DNA from: a virus
Reading direction: 5' to 3' (one strand)
DNA length: 44,757 bases
IMG/VR virus record: IMGVR_UViG_3300045988_163046
The position numbers and the translations under genes were made by a program. Of the stretch, positions 41,558-44,757 are shown piece after piece (position 1 is the stretch's first letter; each line of letters begins with the position of its first letter). The notes under the pieces are model-generated. The model saw only the letters and a program-made list of their open reading frames with translations. It had not been told where the DNA came from and did no database searches.

Positions 41558-41566
41558 ATATTATCA
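41558..41566 (-). promoter_or_regulatory. Extended -10 promoter (TGATAATAT) for the moron
   Basis: Read on the minus strand about 30 nt upstream of the lipoprotein RBS. A weak hairpin (41589-41605) lies upstream. Confidence 0.4.
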
Positions 41567-41672
41567 GACTAACTACAAACCTTTTAAAAGCCTAGTGAAT
41601 AGGCTACTTTGTAACACTTTTCTAAAATAAAAACTTTATGAAATTTTCAACCACGTATTTATGCAATTAATC

Positions 41673-41960
41673 TCATCTTACTTCACCTGTTTCAATCATC
41701 TTTGCCGCTTGTAAAATTCCTGTCTTAACCCACTTAGATTGATCATCATTATCAAAAACTCTTTTTGCGTTCTCTCTTAAACCTTTGACAATAGCATCAA
41801 TCGAGACTTCTTTGTTTTTCTTTTCAAGAATGTATTCAATAGCATCATCACATTTTCCAACCTTATTTGCCATAACAACAACATAGCCTTCATCTAATGC
41901 TTTTTGTAATTCTTCAAAACTTTTCCCATCAAAAATGTATGATCTGATTACTTTCTGCAT
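41673..41960 (-). CDS. Hypothetical protein
   Basis: 95-aa ORF. No motif. Confidence 0.55.
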   Translation of the reverse strand: MQKVIRSYIFDGKSFEELQKALDEGYVVVMANKVGKCDDAIEYILEKKNKEVSIDAIVKGLRENAKRVFDNDDQSKWVKTGILQAAKMIETGEVR

Positions 41961-41997
41961 TGTTTGTCCTCACTTATTTATTCAAATCTCCATATAA

Positions 41998-42228
41998 TTA
42001 ATAACACCTGGTTATCGGAATTAAAGTAGTTATTCTTCCATTGTATACAGGTATCAACGTAGTGCTGCAATGTGATGATGTATTAGACGATGTATCATTT
42101 GAGTCATCAGAAACAACAACTGCACACAACACAATTAAAACAATTGTAATAATAAGCGTACCAAATAATATTATTTCACAGATATAATCTCCAATCCATT
42201 CACCTATTCTTTTTAGCATATCAATCAT
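41998..42228 (-). CDS. Small membrane protein
   Basis: TM segment ICEIILFGTLIITIVLIVLCAVVV. ATGA-coupled to the upstream gene. Confidence 0.5.
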   Translation of the reverse strand: MIDMLKRIGEWIGDYICEIILFGTLIITIVLIVLCAVVVSDDSNDTSSNTSSHCSTTLIPVYNGRITTLIPITRCY

Positions 42229-42692
42229 TTGCTTAAATCTCCCATAACGAGCTTTTTAAGCTCTTTCTTCATTGCGTAATACATTTTCATTCTGCTACAG
42301 TACTTTTCTCCTGAAAGCTTTTCAAATGATTCTCCGTTGATATAATGACGTTTCATATATAAACGAATATCATCATTTGGAATAAGATCAATAATTGTTT
42401 CAGCTTCTCTCATCTTTCCTAAGATTAGATTCTTGTCGTCTTCAAGCACTTTTTCTTTTGAAATAAACTTTACAAGAACATCATTTGTAATATCCATATT
42501 TTTCTTTGAATCCAACCTTTGTTCAAACGATGGAGATTTTGGATCTGAAAATTCTTTTTTGCGAACCTCCAAATCCTTTAAAATTCCATCCAACGATTTA
42601 AACTTTCTTTCATAGATCTTGAACATTTCAAGTTTTTTAATCAGTGTATCCACCTGAACATCTACATATTCTTCATAATCCGTTTTACTCAT
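42225..42692 (-). CDS. Possible late-gene activator (ArpU/RinA/sigma region-4-like C-terminus)
   Basis: The C-terminus IRLYMKRHYINGESFEKLSGEKYCSRMKMYYAMKKELKKL is region-4-like. It is one of the last genes of the early operon, four genes upstream of the moron. Weak call. Confidence 0.3.
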   Translation of the reverse strand: MSKTDYEEYVDVQVDTLIKKLEMFKIYERKFKSLDGILKDLEVRKKEFSDPKSPSFEQRLDSKKNMDITNDVLVKFISKEKVLEDDKNLILGKMREAETIIDLIPNDDIRLYMKRHYINGESFEKLSGEKYCSRMKMYYAMKKELKKLVMGDLSK

Positions 42693-42824
42693 TTTCTCTC
42701 CTATGCAATCTCTTCAATTTCCTCAATGCTGCATGATGGAAATTTCATATAAAATTTGTACATTGCCATACTTTTTGATTCCTCCTGAACTTCCATCACA
42801 CAAATATTATTGTCTTTGATATAT

Positions 42825-43037
42825 TTAATCCTGTATTTCTTTAACACCTTTATATCCTAACCTTTCTAATTCTTTTTTTCTTTCTTCATTTTCTGTATAT
42901 TTAATCCATGTGCATCCTTCTACAAACCAATCATCTCCATAGACATTAAATACCTTTTCTATGGTTTCCTTGCAAATATCTTCTTCGCTTAAGTGATCTA
43001 CAATAAAAACTAATTCTTCTCTTGGTATGAATTTCAT
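42825..43037 (-). CDS. Hypothetical protein
   Basis: 70-aa ORF, coupled to the upstream gene. Confidence 0.5.
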   Translation of the reverse strand: MKFIPREELVFIVDHLSEEDICKETIEKVFNVYGDDWFVEGCTWIKYTENEERKKELERLGYKGVKEIQD

Positions 43038-43237
43038 TTTGTCTCCTCAAATCCTTCATAAGAACTGCGATACATACATTTGTATGCTCGCAAGTCCTTT
43101 TTCTTTTGTTCCAATTCGTGCATTAACACTTCATTCTGATCTTCTAAATTGTTGATTCTTCCAGATACAACAACCGAATACAACATCATTGCTGCAATGC
43201 TACCGAAAAAGAGTCCTGCAATAAAATAAATCATCAC
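43034..43237 (-). CDS. Small membrane-anchored coiled-coil protein
   Basis: N-terminal TM IYFIAGLFFGSIAAMMLYSVVV. Confidence 0.5.
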   Translation of the reverse strand: MMIYFIAGLFFGSIAAMMLYSVVVSGRINNLEDQNEVLMHELEQKKKDLRAYKCMYRSSYEGFEETK

Positions 43238-43464
43238 TCATTCTCTCCGACAAATTCAATCTGTTCTCTGTCTACGCAAAATCTAGCACCATCATTAAAT
43301 TCGATGTCATACAAATATCTAGTCGTGCCAACTAGTACACAAATGTTTTGCTGATGAACAATATTACCAACTTGACCGATGTAATCTTCTTTGTGTTTAC
43401 CAGTACTACTAATCAATTCTTCTTCATACGTATCATCTAAACTCAGTAATATAGCTTTCTGCAT
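43234..43464 (-). CDS. Hypothetical protein
   Basis: 76-aa ORF, coupled. Confidence 0.5.
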   Translation of the reverse strand: MQKAILLSLDDTYEEELISSTGKHKEDYIGQVGNIVHQQNICVLVGTTRYLYDIEFNDGARFCVDREQIEFVGENE

Positions 43465-43958
43465 TATTTGATTACCTCACAACTTTCTAGAATATCTTTA
43501 ATCAATTCGTCACCATTAATATTCTTGAAATGTCCTTTTTCTTTCATTTCTTTTAGTAAACCCATTTCCTTGAACTTAAAATCAACCGAGAAATGCTGTA
43601 ATAAATCATATTCAAATTGAGTTAATTTGTATGTTGGCTTTTTGTATGGACTTGCCAACCATTCAAATCTTTTTTCTCCACAACAGTCACAATTGAAATC
43701 GCATTCGTCACAATTTGTATCTTCACATGGTTTAGGCTCGCCATTTACTACCGCTAAATTATATTTAACATTTTGCACAATTTCATCTTTGAAGTGTTCG
43801 TAATTAGTTTCTGCTTTTTCTTCAAAATGCTCCTCTGCTAATTTAGCTAAAAAATCCAAATCTTGAGTAAATTGTTCTCTTATTTGCGCAGGATGGTTTG
43901 ATGATATACAAAAGTCGTACATTCTCATTATTGCATCTTGATAATTTTCTTTTGTCAT
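43464..43958 (-). CDS. Hypothetical protein with Cys cluster
   Basis: CEDTNCDECDFNCDCCGEK cluster. 164 aa. Confidence 0.55.
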   Translation of the reverse strand: MTKENYQDAIMRMYDFCISSNHPAQIREQFTQDLDFLAKLAEEHFEEKAETNYEHFKDEIVQNVKYNLAVVNGEPKPCEDTNCDECDFNCDCCGEKRFEWLASPYKKPTYKLTQFEYDLLQHFSVDFKFKEMGLLKEMKEKGHFKNINGDELIKDILESCEVIK

Positions 43959-43969
43959 TTAAATCCACC

Positions 43970-44419
43970 TCAATCTACAATCTTTCTGCCACAATTTGGA
44001 CAATATCTCGGTGCGTATTCTTTCATACATCTATCTTCTGGATAATCTTCATCAATTTCGATTTCGTTATAATTTTCGATAATAATTCCACAATTTGAAC
44101 ATTCAAATCCATCTACTAAATTATATTCTGATTCGTTGGTACAAGTTTCTTCTTCTAATCTGCTTATAGCCAAATACTCGACATTTTGTTGTCCTTCATA
44201 CCAATCATTTAACCAACTTACACAATCTTCGCAAGCATTCCACGCTGCACATTCCGTCGAATACGTCCATTCTTCTTCAAAATCATATTTGTATCTAAGA
44301 TAAACTAAAAAACTATAATCATCATTTTCTGCTATGTAATCATTTAATTCACTATCTGTCATTCCTTTTTTCAATCGAACAAATTCAATTGAAGGTATTT
44401 TAATATCGTTCATTTTCAT
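43970..44419 (-). CDS. Hypothetical protein with C-terminal zinc-ribbon
   Basis: FECSNCG...YCPNCGRK CxxC pairs. Confidence 0.55.
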   Translation of the reverse strand: MKMNDIKIPSIEFVRLKKGMTDSELNDYIAENDDYSFLVYLRYKYDFEEEWTYSTECAAWNACEDCVSWLNDWYEGQQNVEYLAISRLEEETCTNESEYNLVDGFECSNCGIIIENYNEIEIDEDYPEDRCMKEYAPRYCPNCGRKIVD

Positions 44420-44426
44420 TCTCCTT

Positions 44427-44735
44427 TTAACTCATTAATTTATTTCTGTAACGATTATCTAATTCTTCCATAACGTGCTTTCCACCGTATAGCTTTGATG
44501 CGTAAACAATATAGTCTAATTCATCTAGCATACTGTTCATCAAGTCTTTATTCGTACAGACAAATTTAATATTCTTTTGTAAAGATAAATAAGTCTGCTC
44601 AATTTGTTTATCAATTTCAGAAGCACTGCTTTTATCTAATCTGATAAAAGTATTTATTTTTATAGCATCTTCTCTTTGCTTTTTTCTTTCCTTTAATTGA
44701 GCGAATATATTCGATTTAAATAAATATTTTTCCAT
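44427..44735 (-). CDS. Hypothetical early protein (spans the contig junction)
   Basis: 102-aa ORF. Its first 97 nt are duplicated at 1..97 by the terminal overlap. Confidence 0.55.
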   Translation of the reverse strand: MEKYLFKSNIFAQLKERKKQREDAIKINTFIRLDKSSASEIDKQIEQTYLSLQKNIKFVCTNKDLMNSMLDELDYIVYASKLYGGKHVMEELDNRYRNKLMS

Positions 44736-44757
44736 CTTAGCTCCTTCTATAATTCTA
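44639..44757. repeat. Terminal direct repeat, copy B (identical to 1..119)
   Basis: Read directly. Confidence 0.95.

Larger units (their letters stand above)
1..44757. mobile_element. Complete temperate tailed-phage genome (siphovirus-type tail, HK97-like head), self-overlapping (circular) contig
   Basis: All canonical modules are present in canonical order: int/attP, repressor switch, replication, HNH-TerS-TerL, portal, protease, capsid, connectors, tail tube, G/GT chaperone, tape measure, Dit/Tal, fibres, holin, endolysin. The first 119 nt recur exactly at the 3' end. Confidence 0.85.

Noticed and set aside
1-44757. Retron, DGR, CRISPR-Cas, restriction-modification or other known multi-gene defence systems
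   Set aside because: No reverse transcriptase, Cas, methyltransferase, or large ATPase/nuclease defence-type ORFs are present. All ORFs above 300 aa are accounted for by integrase, endolysin, structural and packaging functions.

Overview
The window is one complete, AT-rich, temperate siphovirus-type phage genome of a low-GC Gram-positive host. The first 119 nt repeat exactly at the end, so the contig closes into a circle of 44,638 unique bp. Nearly all genes run on the minus strand. The modules, by coordinate: (i) Early and replication genes at 109-7755, continuing across the junction to 41673-44735. They include a DnaD-like initiator with in-gene iterons, a DnaC-like loader, a second tyrosine recombinase, a DUF2829/Tad2-like protein, HNH and NUMOD-like proteins. 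(ii) The lysogeny switch and cargo at 7747-12167: cI-like repressor, Ltp-type exclusion lipoprotein, a G10-containing promoter, a PBECR-like nuclease pair and the integrase. (iii) A putative attP at 12205-12401 carrying a tRNA 3'-end core. (iv) The lysis genes at 12479-13874. (v) A five-gene low-complexity, Cys-rich cassette at 13954-16297. (vi) The tail, baseplate and fibre genes at 16632-29478. (vii) The HK97-like head and packaging genes at 29465-36085. (viii) An ORF-free, GC-elevated 0.55-kb block bracketed by terminators at 36164-36946. (ix) A second repressor with a divergent plus-strand operon at 36945-39380. (x) A self-contained moron at 39519-41566: lipoprotein, membrane protein and three tandem paralogues, peppered with an oriented AAAACTTTT motif. 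I rank these candidates highest for undescribed biology: the G10 promoter with its ORF-less transcript next to the nuclease pair, the five-gene cassette before the holin, the GC-rich non-coding block, the moron with its DNA motif, the repressor-controlled acidic-protein operon, and a possible -1 slippage extension of the major capsid protein. All functional calls come from reading motifs by eye. No database search was run.
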